DNA from: Selaginella moellendorffii | Lineage: Eukaryota > Plantae > Lycopodiophyta | Length of the DNA stretch: 64,000 nt | Reading direction: 5' to 3' | NCBI RefSeq assembly: GCF_000143415.4 | Contig: NW_003314267.1 | Span: forward strand, 1,438,100 to 1,502,099 | Part shown: positions 47,901 through 59,562 of the stretch, piece after piece | Layout: the number at the start of each line of letters is the position of its first letter | Numbering within the stretch: position 1 is the first letter of the stretch | Notes under the pieces: model-generated | Seen by the model: the letters and a program-made list of their open reading frames with translations, nothing else | What the model was told of the DNA's origin: nothing | Databases searched by the model: none | Position numbers and translations under genes: made by a program

Positions 47901-50900
47901 CCCATTGATTTATAGGAAGGAGTGTCACCTTTGTGGGGGTCTATCTACGAGTTATCCCCGTCCGAGCTTAATGCCCTCAAAGAGTACGTGGATGAGAACT
48001 TTGCATGGGGGTATATTCAGCATTCACAGTCCCCGGTTGGAGCACCTATCTTCTTTTCAAGAAGAATGATGGGAGTTTGCAGCTAGTCATCAACTACCGA
48101 GGTTTGAACAAGGTAACTGTTCAAAACTGTTATCTGCTGCCCCTGATCTCGGACCTATTGGAACACCTCGACGGTGCCTGCTTCTTCACCAAGATCGACC
48201 TCCATGGAGCATACAACCTGATCTGGATTTAGCTTGGCGATGAATGGAAGACTACATTCCGAACCCGTTATGGCTGCTTCAAGTACACTGTCATGCCATT
48301 TGGCTCGACAAATGCTCCAACAATTTTCCAACACATGGCGAACAACGTCTTTCAGGAGTTTCTTGATTAGATGGTGATCGTCTACCTCGACGACATCCTC
48401 ATCTACTCAAAAACTCAAGAGGAGCACGATGAGCATGCGTGCAAGGTGCTGGCAAAGCTGCAAGAACACGGCCTATACACAAAGCTTGAGAAATGTTCCT
48501 TCAATCAAGAGTCTGTGGAGTTCCTTGGGTATATTGTCATTCTTGAGGGTATCATGATGGATCCTACCAAGGTTTTCCTTGGCTTCGCCAACTTCTACTG
48601 CAAATTTATTGATCACTACTCTGACATTGTCCTTCCTCTCACACATCTCACTCACAAGGATGTTCCCTTCTCTTGGTTTGCTGCTACCTAGCAGGCCTTC
48701 AACACACTCAAGGTGGCCTTCAATTTTGCTCTTATCTTGATCCATACTGATCCCTCACAACCTTTTTTCATCGAGGCAAACGCCTCCGACTTTGCCATCA
48801 GTGTTGTGCTATCTCAACTCAGAGCGGTTTAGGTTTAGGAGTACCAACGGATCAGGAATTTCATCCGGTCGCTTTCCATTCTCGGAAATTCCAGCCTATG
48901 GAGATCAAGTACAAAATCCACGACAAGGAGCTCCTTGCCATCATGGATTCCTTTGGAGAGTGGCATCGTTTCTTGGAGGGGGTGAGCCATCAAACAACGG
49001 TTTGGACGGATCACAAAAATCTCAAGTACTTTGCCACTTCCCAAGTTTTGAGCCATCGTCAGGCAAGGTGGGCACAATTCCTGAGTCAGTTTGACATTGT
49101 TATCAAGTACAGACCTGGAAAGCTTTAGGGCCTTCTTGATGCTCTTTCAAGGCGCTCCTATCTCAGTCTCAGGCTTAGTAATCTTGCTTTCGATCAACAG
49201 GATCAGGTTATCCTCAGTCCTGATCGGCTTCAAGTTATGGCAATTTCCTCATGACTGCTCCTTGATGGATGCCATCAGAAACGATCTTCAATCCGATGAC
49301 CTCGCCAGCAATATTTTCCCCCATCTTCAGGCTGGACACCCAGTGACTCCCGACTACCGGTGATTTGACGAGTTCGAGTTCTTAGATGGCTTATTGTACC
49401 GTGAGGAGCAGCTTTACGTTCCTAAAGGTGATGCTCGAAGGTTGGTCCTGATGGCGTGCCATGATAGCCCGATTACTAGTCACTTCGGTATTGTGAAAAT
49501 TTATAAGCTAGTTGCACGGGACTTTTGGTGGCCTCACATGGATGACTACATCAAAGCTTTTGTTACCTCCTGTGACACTTATGCCTGGAATAAAGTACCT
49601 CACCACCATCCTTCAGGTTTGCTTCGTTCCCTCCCGATCCCTTCAGGTCCTTGGGAATCCATCTCCATGGATTTCTTGAGTGATCTTCCGAGTTCTGGAG
49701 GCTTTAACAGCATTTTAGTTGTGGTGGATCACTTCACAAAGATGGCACACTTCCTGCCATGTATTAACGAGTTTTCAGGCAAGGACATGGCAAAACTGGT
49801 ATTCAGGGAAATTTTCCAACTTCATAGGATTCTTGCATATGTAGTTTTGGATCGGGGACTTTAGTTCATCTCTCATTTCTAGCAATGGTTCTTGCAGCTG
49901 CTTGAGTGAAGGCCAACCTCTCTTCGTTATATCATCCTCAAATTGATGGACAATCCGAGCAAACGGTTTAGACGTTGAAACAATTCTTGAGGTGCTTCAT
50001 CAATTATCATCAAGATGACTAGTTCAATATCCTTCCCTTTGCTAAGTTCTCCTATAACAACTTCGTGCACTCCTCCCTTCAAGTTTCCCCTTCTTTGCAA
50101 ACTCTAGCCGAAATCCCCGATTCAATCTCTCACTTCCTTCTCCATCTGAATCCTCTCATTCAAATCCCCGCTTTGAGGCATTTTTCTCCAACCTCTAGGA
50201 TAATCCACAACTCCATCTCCTTCCACCTCCATCGTGCTCAGGAATCTCACAAAACAATCGCCAATGTCCATTGTCAAGATTGTCCCTCTTACAATATCGG
50301 GGATAAAGTCTGGCTCCTCAGGCGAAATATCTCCACCACCAAGCCATGTCCTAAACTCGATTTCAAACACCTTGGTCCTTTCCCTATCATTGCCATCATT
50401 AATCTTGTCACTTATCGCCTTGCACTTCCCTCCTCATATCAAATTCACCCTGTTTTTCACTCTTCTCTCCTTGAGTCTTATATTCCCAGTCCTATTCCAA
50501 ATCGGGTAATTCCTTTGCCTCCACCAATGTAGCTCAAGGATGGGTTTGAGTACAAGGTTCAGGACATCCTTGATTCCAAGATCTCACGGTCTAAACTCTA
50601 CTATCTAGTAGACTAGAAGGGTTATGGACCTAAGGAACGCACTTGGGAACCTATGGACAACCTGATTCATTCTCCTGACCTTGTTCAGGACTTCCACCGC
50701 TGCTATCTTTCTCGTCCCAGTCCTCATTCTTTTCATTCTCCATCTCCCGTCCCTCGATGCCCATCTCATCCTCCTCTTCGTTCTCATTCACATCCTTGTT
50801 CCACTCGTTCTTGAGGAGGGGGTGCTGCCAAGAATCCCCCAATTCTTGCCACATTCCTAACTCTCGAGACACTTCCCCATTCTTGACTCTTTGATTTCCC

Positions 50901-51126
50901 ATACAATTCTTGATTCTCGAACCACATTTCTGATGATGATATGGTGCCTCCTCGACCTCAGCTATATTTAGGCCGTCCTTGATCCAAGAGTGGTGGAGCT
51001 TCATCAACCTATAGTATATATAGGTTAGCCTTGTTCCATTTCTTCACAATTTGAATCAATACCAGTTTAAGGCTTCTTCTTTGTCTCTACTAGCTTTTCT
51101 TTTTGTCTTCTGCATTTTCCAGTCTT
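44988..51126 (+). mobile_element. Ty3/Gypsy chromovirus, pseudogenised (gag, PR, RT, RNase H, IN, chromodomain)
   Basis: LTRs at 44988-46028 and 50826-51126; CLYCADPNH knuckle, [24 protein letters not shown], chromodomain YLVD*KGYGPKERTWEP; PPT at about 50812-50823; many stops. Confidence 0.93.
45181..45855 (+). mobile_element. Complete TRIM (162-bp LTRs) inserted in the chromovirus 5' LTR
   Basis: LTRs at 45181-45342 and 45692-45853, PBS TGGTATCAGAG at 45345, PPT GAAAGGGGGGTGAG, TSD TCCTC. Confidence 0.92.
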
Positions 51127-51568
51127 AAGCTCTATTTCGTTAAAGTGGGAATTGTCATTATCCCACTTGTAAAATAATGTTTCCAAACCTTTATATAGTA
51201 TATAAATATAACAAAATTCAACTGCATTGAGGCACATGCCATTTTATTTTAAACAAGGAAATGTCTACTCAATCACTTCTCCTCCCCCTGCCACTGCTTC
51301 ACCTCTCTCTTCTCCTTGTCATTGTCGTCCAATTTCTCTCCATCCTTTTAATATTGGCTCAGTTGCTCCGAGTCTAGGTGGAGCCCAAGTCCCCATTCAA
51401 TCTTTACTTTCCCATTATTAATAAAACAACTTCGTAGACTTCCAATAACATGCTGTAACACTTCTAGTATAATGCAAATCCTCTCAAAGAATTGTCTTTT
51501 AATATTAATACAATGGCATGGAACCCCATGCCATAATAAGTTACATTTTTAAATAAATACATGCCATC

Positions 51569-52431
51569 TCAGACTGTTATTTTTTGCCTCCAACGCCTAT
51601 ACAATAATCTTGGAATTTCATCACTCTCCACACTATCAGGATTTAAACCCAATAGTAATGCCATCTCTTCTCTAATACGTCCACGCTCATGTTCAGTGGT
51701 CGAAGAACCCATCCGGTTGAGCAGATTATGGAGATGCGGATAGTGCTTGGCTAGACAATATACATGCCATAAATGATGACTGGTGTCTGTCCGATCAAAT
51801 GGCTTCTGATATACCGTTCCATCTGCCATTTGGTTGATTTCTGCAGCCACCTCCTGGACTGGCTGGTTCTCTATCACCATCGCTCCAAGCCGTTTTGCAA
51901 GGTCCCCCAGAACATACGGTTTCTTCTCCCTAGTTTCCATACTGCAAGAGATGGGGTGCACTGCATATGTGTGCGTGTTCGCTGCAGTTTTAATCGGCGA
52001 GTCATCGATGATGAGGATTTCACTTGACCTAGCAGTCCGGTTCATCACTACAGCCTCTGGCTTGACGAAGATGGGCTTGCTACCCCTCACATGGACCATA
52101 GTCAAGCAATCCTCCTGCGTTAGGAGAAAGTCAAATGGTAATATTACTCGCGTCTGATCGTGCATCATCTGTAGCAACGTTAATGCATTGTGGCGCATCA
52201 TGGATGTCCAAACTCCCAATTGCAAATTGAACCCGGCCCTCTGTTTTAAGTGTCGCATGGTCATTATTAGATCCCGCAGTTTCTCCCGTGTGATTAATGT
52301 GAATCTGTCTCTTTTGACCAACTTGCGACCGCAGGCTTTGGAGGGTGCAATGACATTCGAGGATGAGCCACGCTCATGGGAGAAAAGGACACCGTTCAGA
52401 TCAAAAACGATACAGTACCTTCGCCGTGACT
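51569..52431 (-). CDS. FCP1/SCP-like (NIF) HAD phosphatase domain; last exon of the transposon cargo gene
   Basis: IVFDLNGVL (motif I), GVWTS (II), PIFVK (III), LIIDDSPIK (IV). In-frame splice from the upstream exon via a 47-nt intron (52432-52478). Confidence 0.8.
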
Positions 52432-52478
52432 CTGAAATGAAATGCGTCAGCATAAAAAATGGTACAAGTCAATTTTAC

Positions 52479-54230
52479 CATCTACAATATTAGCGAATGT
52501 TGCTCCCGATGGTCGTTGAGAGGGTTTTGGTCGAGGAAACGTGAAGGGCGGAAATACTCTCCTCTGCAATGTGGGGTCAATTGCATCCGATGGCGTGTGG
52601 GCACATGCCATTTCAGCTGTAGACTCTGGTACAACTGGCTCAACAGTGGCATGGGGTGGTTCCGATGGCCTGTGATCACACGCCATTTCAGCTGGTGCCT
52701 CCGTTGGCAAAGTGGACATGACCGAACAGGCAGCAGGGGTGGTGTAGGGAGGTTCCAACGGCGCGTAGTCAGACGATTGGGCACACGTTGAGTCCGTTGG
52801 AAATGAGGATACGACCGGCTCGGCGGCTGGGGCGGCCTCATGTGAGTCCAATGGCGCCTGGTCACCGTCAGTTGGATACGTGGACAAGATTGACTCAGTG
52901 GTATGGGCAGCATCAAGTGGAGCGTGGTCAGCTTGCTTGGCGTTGATATGGATAGTAGCCTCCACCAGCTCTGATGACTCTTGCAGCCAAGTAGAGTCCA
53001 CTGGCGGATCCATATGCATGTCCAAATATCTCCCTTCGATTGAGATGGTATCCTCCCGTGCTACTAAAAACAAACTCATTAGCACATTGAATCGACTATA
53101 CTGTATTTACCATCAACTGCTATTGAGGAACTAGGACTGATATCACTTGGGCGCACTGCTGATTCTGAAGGATTGGACATACGTTTCGACCCTTGCTTGG
53201 CACTATCCTTCCTCGACACTAAAGGCTAGAGTTTGTAAATTCAACTGAATAATCTCTACTTACCATTTGCTCTGCGACCTACATGGACAATGTTAGAAAT
53301 GGTAAAAGGTTAGGAATGGATGTACTATTATTTACCTGATGGTTTGTCTTGTATGACCTTCCTCCGCTGCTCTTTGGCCACCTCAGGCTGGCCATCGTCG
53401 TCATCATCGTCGTCGTTGTTATTCTGATCGTCACCATTGTGAGGACCATCCAAGTCCTCTTCGTCCTCCTCTTCTTTGTCCTCCTCTTTGTCCTTCTGCT
53501 CTTCCTGCTCATTATCTTTCTCTGGCTCCTCATCCCCCTCCTGCATTTCTTCCATAGGCTGCTCAGGCTGGATGGCTTGTTCTTCCAGGACCATCTTGGG
53601 AAAATCATCTGGCCGAGTCTCCATCTCAAAATACAAGACATCCATAGCCTGTTTTAGTGCGTGACCTAGGACCGTATCCTCACCCGACTGTCTTAACATG
53701 GTTTCTGCACGTTCTTGCACCCTTCGAAGACGACGAGATGAGAAAAACGTGGCCCTGACTTGAAAAGCTTCCCTCATCCATTGTACCTCTCCATTGAGAT
53801 TGGGGAAGGGGAGTCTGCCATAGGAATCTGAGTCATGAGGTGGTGACTGCCTGCTTTCACTCAGCCCTTGATCTGCAATGAATGGCATGAGCACACACGC
53901 CATAACCGCGAGGCATTACCTATCATCTTTTCGTTGCCCTTCTTCCTTTTCGAATCAAACGCCTCTGATCTCGACGACTGTCCAACGTGCTTTCGCTTTT
54001 TATGACCACTGTCAGTTTGAGCTTGGCTGGTGCTTGCCTGTTTTGCCTTTGAAGAAGTTTCTCCTGCAAGGAATGGCATGAGACCACACGCCATTGCAAA
54101 TATAATTTGTACCTCCTTTTTTCCTATTGCTTGTCTGTTTGTCCTTCTTCGATGCACCACCAGCGCGCTTTTTAGTCCTCGTGTCTGAATATTCACAACG
54201 ATCTATAATCAAAATGGCGTGAGGCCTCAC
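52479..54230 (-). CDS. Low-complexity (Pro/Ala-rich, acidic, basic NLS-like) exons of the transposon cargo gene
   Basis: 212-, 191- and 111-aa ORFs bounded by GT/AG sites on the same strand as the flanking exons. Confidence 0.5.
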
Positions 54231-54360
54231 GTGACCTTACCTTGTGCAGGTTGTGAGCTCGGCCCAACATGGGTATCTTCAACAGTAGCTGTTAACGCCG
54301 TTTCAGCATTTGGGGGTGGCCACGCTCCTGCATAGAGAGCTTGTGAGATAACATTTAAAC

Positions 54361-56811
54361 TTAAAGTGTGTACTCACTAGGTTCGCAGAGAAGATACTGT
54401 TTTTCTTTGGCAACTGTAATTATATGCTCCATTGAAGTCACCTCTTCAATGGAGTTTGTCACCGCAACACACGGGACACCCTTGAGTAGTGCGGCTCGAA
54501 AGAATAGTCCGCCGCAGTTGTACTCGACAACGCATTTGCCCTTGGAGTCGAAAGCAGGTGACCCACCCGCTATTGCGTTGAAGACCCAGCTGAGCATTTC
54601 CCATGCTGCACCTAGAGCTTTCTTTGGATTCGAAAGCTCCATAGCCGTCTTCAGTTCCTCAGGCACGGGTAAATTGACCTCCCTCAGATCAATTCGATTG
54701 GCCTTGTCGAACGAAGCTGGGAAGTCACTACAGTCCCACTCTGCTGCAGGACCAATAACAAGGGCGAGTGTGAAGATGCGGACATTCGTCAGTATCTTCT
54801 TCTTAGCCATTATCCCATGGATCTCCCGCATCTCCTTGCCTTTCAACCGAGCCTTCACCTCGTTCAAGGCCTTCCAGAACTTGTGATAGGATTCGGAGTC
54901 GTAAATCATATAGTGGACTGAAGATTCTACCTCCGCAAGTCCCACCATTAAGTCAATGATGGAGCTGACTTCGTCTGCATGAGTGATCTCCTCGTTTGTG
55001 AAGTCCATCACACAAAAGATGTTCTTGACCTGCTCATCTCCGCGGGAAACGATGCTCCTCCACCTTTGATCCTCATCCGAATTCAAGTATACCCGGTAAG
55101 GTTCTCGATAGGCCTCTGCTGCGGGGTCGAGCTGTTTCTGAAGCCGGCGGTCGACATCAATCTTAATGAAATTTGGATACTGATCCAACTTCTCAGCTTT
55201 ACTTTTCATGGCATCCCACAGCAGATCGATGAACTTGGGGGCCCCCTTCACGTACTCGTCGATGTCTTCATTTGACAACTCCAGCGCTTCCATCATCTCT
55301 TGCGTGGTGTCGATGCTCACCCTCTCCACGGCCACTTGCTCGAAGATCCAATCCTTCAATAGCGCACGAGCTCTCAGAGTCGTGCACAAGTCCTCGTATG
55401 TCACAATATGGCCGGGAGTCATTTTGGTCTTGTTGAAGACTACCTCACCACGTAGAAGAGCATTAGCCACTGTCAAAAGGTCGTCGTCGTCTAGAGACCG
55501 CGAGAAACGCAAGGCGTTGAGCTTCAAATCATTGGGCTTCCGGCCGTCCTCCACACCCATTGAGTTTGGCAACTCCCCATCATGGTACCTCCTCAGCACA
55601 TCTACCCATTTGTCAAAAACAACTTTTGTCGCGAGTAGAATGTTATGGATGCTGAGTGTGTCATTGACCCCCAGTGTTTTCGAGAGAAGACTCGAGAATT
55701 CCTGCAATGGAAATGGCGTGAGGCCACATGCTATGCCACATGCAACGAGGCTTACCTGCCAGGCGCTAGTTGCTAGTGCACGTCCTTGTCCTGGTTTTTG
55801 TGGCTTCTTCAGTTGAACCCAGAGCTTCCGTGTTCGTGCCAATGTCTCGTGCAGACCCGATTTGTAGCACGTTTCTTGCTTGACATTCTGCGCGTGGGAG
55901 ATGTATATGATAGATCGGAGGGGCGAGTTGCCTTTTATCAGGCGGACAACTCTTGTCTTGAAGACTTTCTTCACCTCCTCGCCCACCATAATATCCACAA
56001 CTATCTCTTGCATCGCCAAGCTAGAATGCTGCCCGGAGACGGCATAGAACCGGATATTCTGATCGTCCAACACCTTGTATTTGCTTTGGATGTCAATACG
56101 GCTCACGTCGATTGTATATACTTTGTTGGAATAGTAACAAGTACTATTATCTGCGACGATTTTTGCTGCCTCTTCTTGCTCTTTCTGCTCTTTGCGGCTC
56201 TTCTTTTTGGTGGGTGTAGTGTTCGAACCCGAGGCAATGGCATCACTGAGTAGCTTCTTTTTTGGAGCAGGAGAGTCGGACGTCGGCTTGAGCTTGACCA
56301 CCCTTTTCTGCTTCGAGGTAGTTTCCAGATCGACCCCCTTCCCCTTTGCTTCGCGAACTGGAGTCACTCTCAACGGCTCAATGTTGGAATATAGTTTTTG
56401 AACATCGCCGTAGGTGAGGTCCGTGGATTCCATATGATCTTCATAGACCCGCAGCGTCTTTGAAATTGTGGGCCTCCTGGACAACCTCTCCCTAGCTCCC
56501 TCTAGGAATTCCTCATAGCCGCTGCCCCCCTCCGGGAAGCCGCTAGGATGTGCAAGGTGGATCTTGAAGGCAGACGCTGTCTCTACCACAAGTGCCAGTC
56601 CATATTCTTGCATGGAACTGCATGGAGTGTCTGTCACTTGGATGAGGATCCCCATGCATTCTTTTCTCCCACCATCTGTGTTGTACAGCCTCAGATCCTC
56701 GCCTTCCATCCCGAAAGTCCAACTGGTGAGCTCCTCCCCCTTCTCTGCATCCACATTGACAGTGGCTGGAAGAAGAACGCAATTCCTCGCCTGTTCAGAA
56801 ATGCACAACAA
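54361..56811 (-). CDS. Large cargo ORF with a ParB/Srx-like segment and a degenerate Rossmann MTase-like C-terminus
   Basis: 816-aa ORF; FYAVSGQHSSLAM..IYISHAQN (ParB-like) and VVEYNCGGLFFRAALLKGVPCVAV (resembles N4/N6-MTase motif I region). Probable in-frame intron at about 55702-55755. Confidence 0.6.
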   Translation of the reverse strand: MLCISEQARNCVLLPATVNVDAEKGEELTSWTFGMEGEDLRLYNTDGGRKECMGILIQVTDTPCSSMQEYGLALVVETASAFKIHLAHPSGFPEGGSGYEEFLEGARERLSRRPTISKTLRVYEDHMESTDLTYGDVQKLYSNIEPLRVTPVREAKGKGVDLETTSKQKRVVKLKPTSDSPAPKKKLLSDAIASGSNTTPTKKKSRKEQKEQEEAAKIVADNSTCYYSNKVYTIDVSRIDIQSKYKVLDDQNIRFYAVSGQHSSLAMQEIVVDIMVGEEVKKVFKTRVVRLIKGNSPLRSIIYISHAQNVKQETCYKSGLHETLARTRKLWVQLKKPQKPGQGRALATSAWQVSLVACGIACGLTPFPLQEFSSLLSKTLGVNDTLSIHNILLATKVVFDKWVDVLRRYHDGELPNSMGVEDGRKPNDLKLNALRFSRSLDDDDLLTVANALLRGEVVFNKTKMTPGHIVTYEDLCTTLRARALLKDWIFEQVAVERVSIDTTQEMMEALELSNEDIDEYVKGAPKFIDLLWDAMKSKAEKLDQYPNFIKIDVDRRLQKQLDPAAEAYREPYRVYLNSDEDQRWRSIVSRGDEQVKNIFCVMDFTNEEITHADEVSSIIDLMVGLAEVESSVHYMIYDSESYHKFWKALNEVKARLKGKEMREIHGIMAKKKILTNVRIFTLALVIGPAAEWDCSDFPASFDKANRIDLREVNLPVPEELKTAMELSNPKKALGAAWEMLSWVFNAIAGGSPAFDSKGKCVVEYNCGGLFFRAALLKGVPCVAVTNSIEEVTSMEHIITVAKEKQYLLCEPSEYTL

Positions 56812-58274
56812 TTAGAGCTGACAGATGAAAAGCTAGTAGCTGGAAATAACGTGAGGCCACACGCCATTCACCACTGCATCAAATGTCTTGAGGCTGCATC
56901 CTAAGATGGCGTGAGGCTACACGCCATCTGTAACCGGACTGCACTCGAGAGCCCAATCGGTGCATGCCAATGTTGCTACTGAATGGCATGTGGCCTCATG
57001 CCATTTTCTACTTGGCCTAAAAGACTTACCATTTGAAGCCGAATGGAGGCGTGACAACCGGACTCGCTGGCGAATGTGCACTGTGTGTGTAGCGGATCAT
57101 AGCAGCAAGGCTACTCTGCCACTTACAGTTGGAGAGTGGCACTGAAATCTCCCGGGACGCCAAGTGGGCTGCGTGTGGGTGGCGGAGTGGGCGGCGGAGT
57201 TGGCGGCGAAGTTACAAACTGGGTGTGTCTTGAAGTGGACGCCGATGCACACGAGCGCGATGCGAGCGCGAGTGTGATGCAAGCGCGAGTGGATGCCGAT
57301 GCACATGAGAAACCTGTAGAGAAGTGGGAGCGCGAGTGGGAGCGCGATGCGAGCGCAAGTGTGCGAGCGCGAGTACGAAGCAAAATGCAAAACCTAACCT
57401 CACACGCGCGAAATGTCACGACGGTTGGTAATCCCGCCACGTCATCATTCCTCGGACTTGGGCGCCACCATTAATTTCTGGATCGCCGCGCGCATGCGTG
57501 AAATCCAAGAGAAATCCGCAACGTCATCATTCCTCGGACTGCATGCACGCGAAATCCAAAAGAAAGATCATGATTGGGATATCATTTAATACCCTCGCTA
57601 TATTTATACCATGCATGATTGGATATTCCAAAGCATCTTGTATTTCCAAAAATGCCAGATGTTCAGCTAAATAAATTGTCAGAGGATTTGATGTGACGTT
57701 CAAGCGTGTGGGCTCATGCAATTTTGATCCCAAAAAATGCACCAAAAAATGCTCGGCGTCATCTGGCGTTATCTCTTGAATGGCGTGGGGCCGCATGCCA
57801 TTTTCAGGAGCACATAGGAGTATATTCCTAGAATATTCTAACACGCGCGAAATTGTTTTGAATTTCCTGGAGATCCAACCGTTAGATCGCAACTAGATTT
57901 TACAGAATGGTATACAATGTCCTTCTTGATGACCCTGCAAAGAAGCATCTCAATCGGACACCACATGAGACCACACGAGCCTTACAATGTTTCAGGGGCA
58001 TTTGCCATAGATCCGACCGTTATTTTGCTCCAAGATTCTACAGTGTGGTGTGCATTGACCTTTCCATCGACACTGCAAAGGGACATCACAATCAGATGCG
58101 GGATCACAAGAAACCAACTTCACTAACTCTGGTTTCACCAAGATCTACGTAAGGAGTTATGAAATGAAAGGACCCTCTCTATTGAAATGTGTTTATGGTC
58201 CTAGGGGCATTGTGACATATCAAAGGATTTTGCATCAAGTTCTGTATTTGCATGTTTATCAAGCTACTGAATTG

Positions 58275-58307
58275 CTAAACCCTAAACCCTAAACCCTAAC
58301 CCTAAAC
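58275..58307. repeat. Short interstitial plant telomere repeat (CCCTAAA)
   Basis: ctaaaccctaaaccctaaaccctaaccctaaac. Confidence 0.8.
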
Positions 58308-59562
58308 ATGTGGCAAATGCTGGGTGAAGAAAGATGCCCTTTCTGGGCAAATGCTGTAAGAGGCAGATTCCGAGCAGATGTATCTCAGATCAGCGAAAGG
58401 GACAAACGAAAGCTAGCTATAAACATGACGGGATGCAAATAGATTACTAGGCTGGTCCTACGAAAATCAAAAACCATAATTGAAAACATTGAAAATGCAA
58501 AAAGAAAGGTTTATAATATTTTTGAATTTTAAGCAACCAAATGAATGTAAGTAGGGCATGTGTTTGTAAGTTTAAAAATGCCTCAACCACTTAAATTCCC
58601 AAGTAAATAAAGTTGTTTCTATTTTTGGTACAGGTAAACTTTATAGCGTGTGGGCTCATGCAATTTTGAACCCAAAAATGCACCAAAAAATGCTCGACTA
58701 GCATTATTCTTTGAATGGCGTGTGGCCTTATATTGCCATAAATGGACGTACACACACAGCATAATTATTCCTTTACACGGTGAATAATCTTGGCGCAGAT
58801 CGCTGACATGGCATGGCAAAGTTCGAATCACTGACATGGCACAGCTGGATCGAGGCAAGGACATGATGTGACAAAGTTCAACCTCCGACAGCAAAGTCTA
58901 GAAGCTACTCAGTTTGAAATTTGTCAGAGGAATCATAAGATCTGGTTTGTTAGAGGATTTGATGTGACGTTCAAGCGTGTGTTATTTTTGAATTCTCGAA
59001 CTCATTCCTAGGTCTATCATTTTTGTGCGCCGTGTTCTTGGTTCCGCTAAGCGCAGTGAGCGCTACTTGTGTAAGCGGCGTTGTGAGCTGTGGTTTATGC
59101 GTCTACAAGCGGTTGCGGCATTGCGAGCGCCATTGCGAGCGGCAGTTTATGCGAGTGGCAGTTTGTGCGAGCGGCGCTACGAGCAGTTGCGGTGTTGTGA
59201 GCGGCACTGTCTTTGGTGTGGCTACCACTTCCTCTTGATATTCGGCACTTGTGCTTCCTGGTATGTTCACCATGGAATGGCTTAGGACCACATTTAGAAA
59301 TGGCATGAGGCCACATGCCATCTTGGGCCCTTGCAATTTCATGGCTAGCATATTGTCATGTATGTTTTTACTTGCCTGCAGCTGTGTGTATATCAAGATG
59401 GCATGAGGCCTCATGCCAATTTTGTGAATGCGAAATTTCACGTGGGTGTCAATAGCATGTTTGAATAATGGCATGTGGCCTCATGCTATTTGGTATGTTA
59501 TGATTTAGGCCATTCTCCAATCATTTTTTGTATGGTCTTAACTTCTTTTCTGCACTTTCAGA

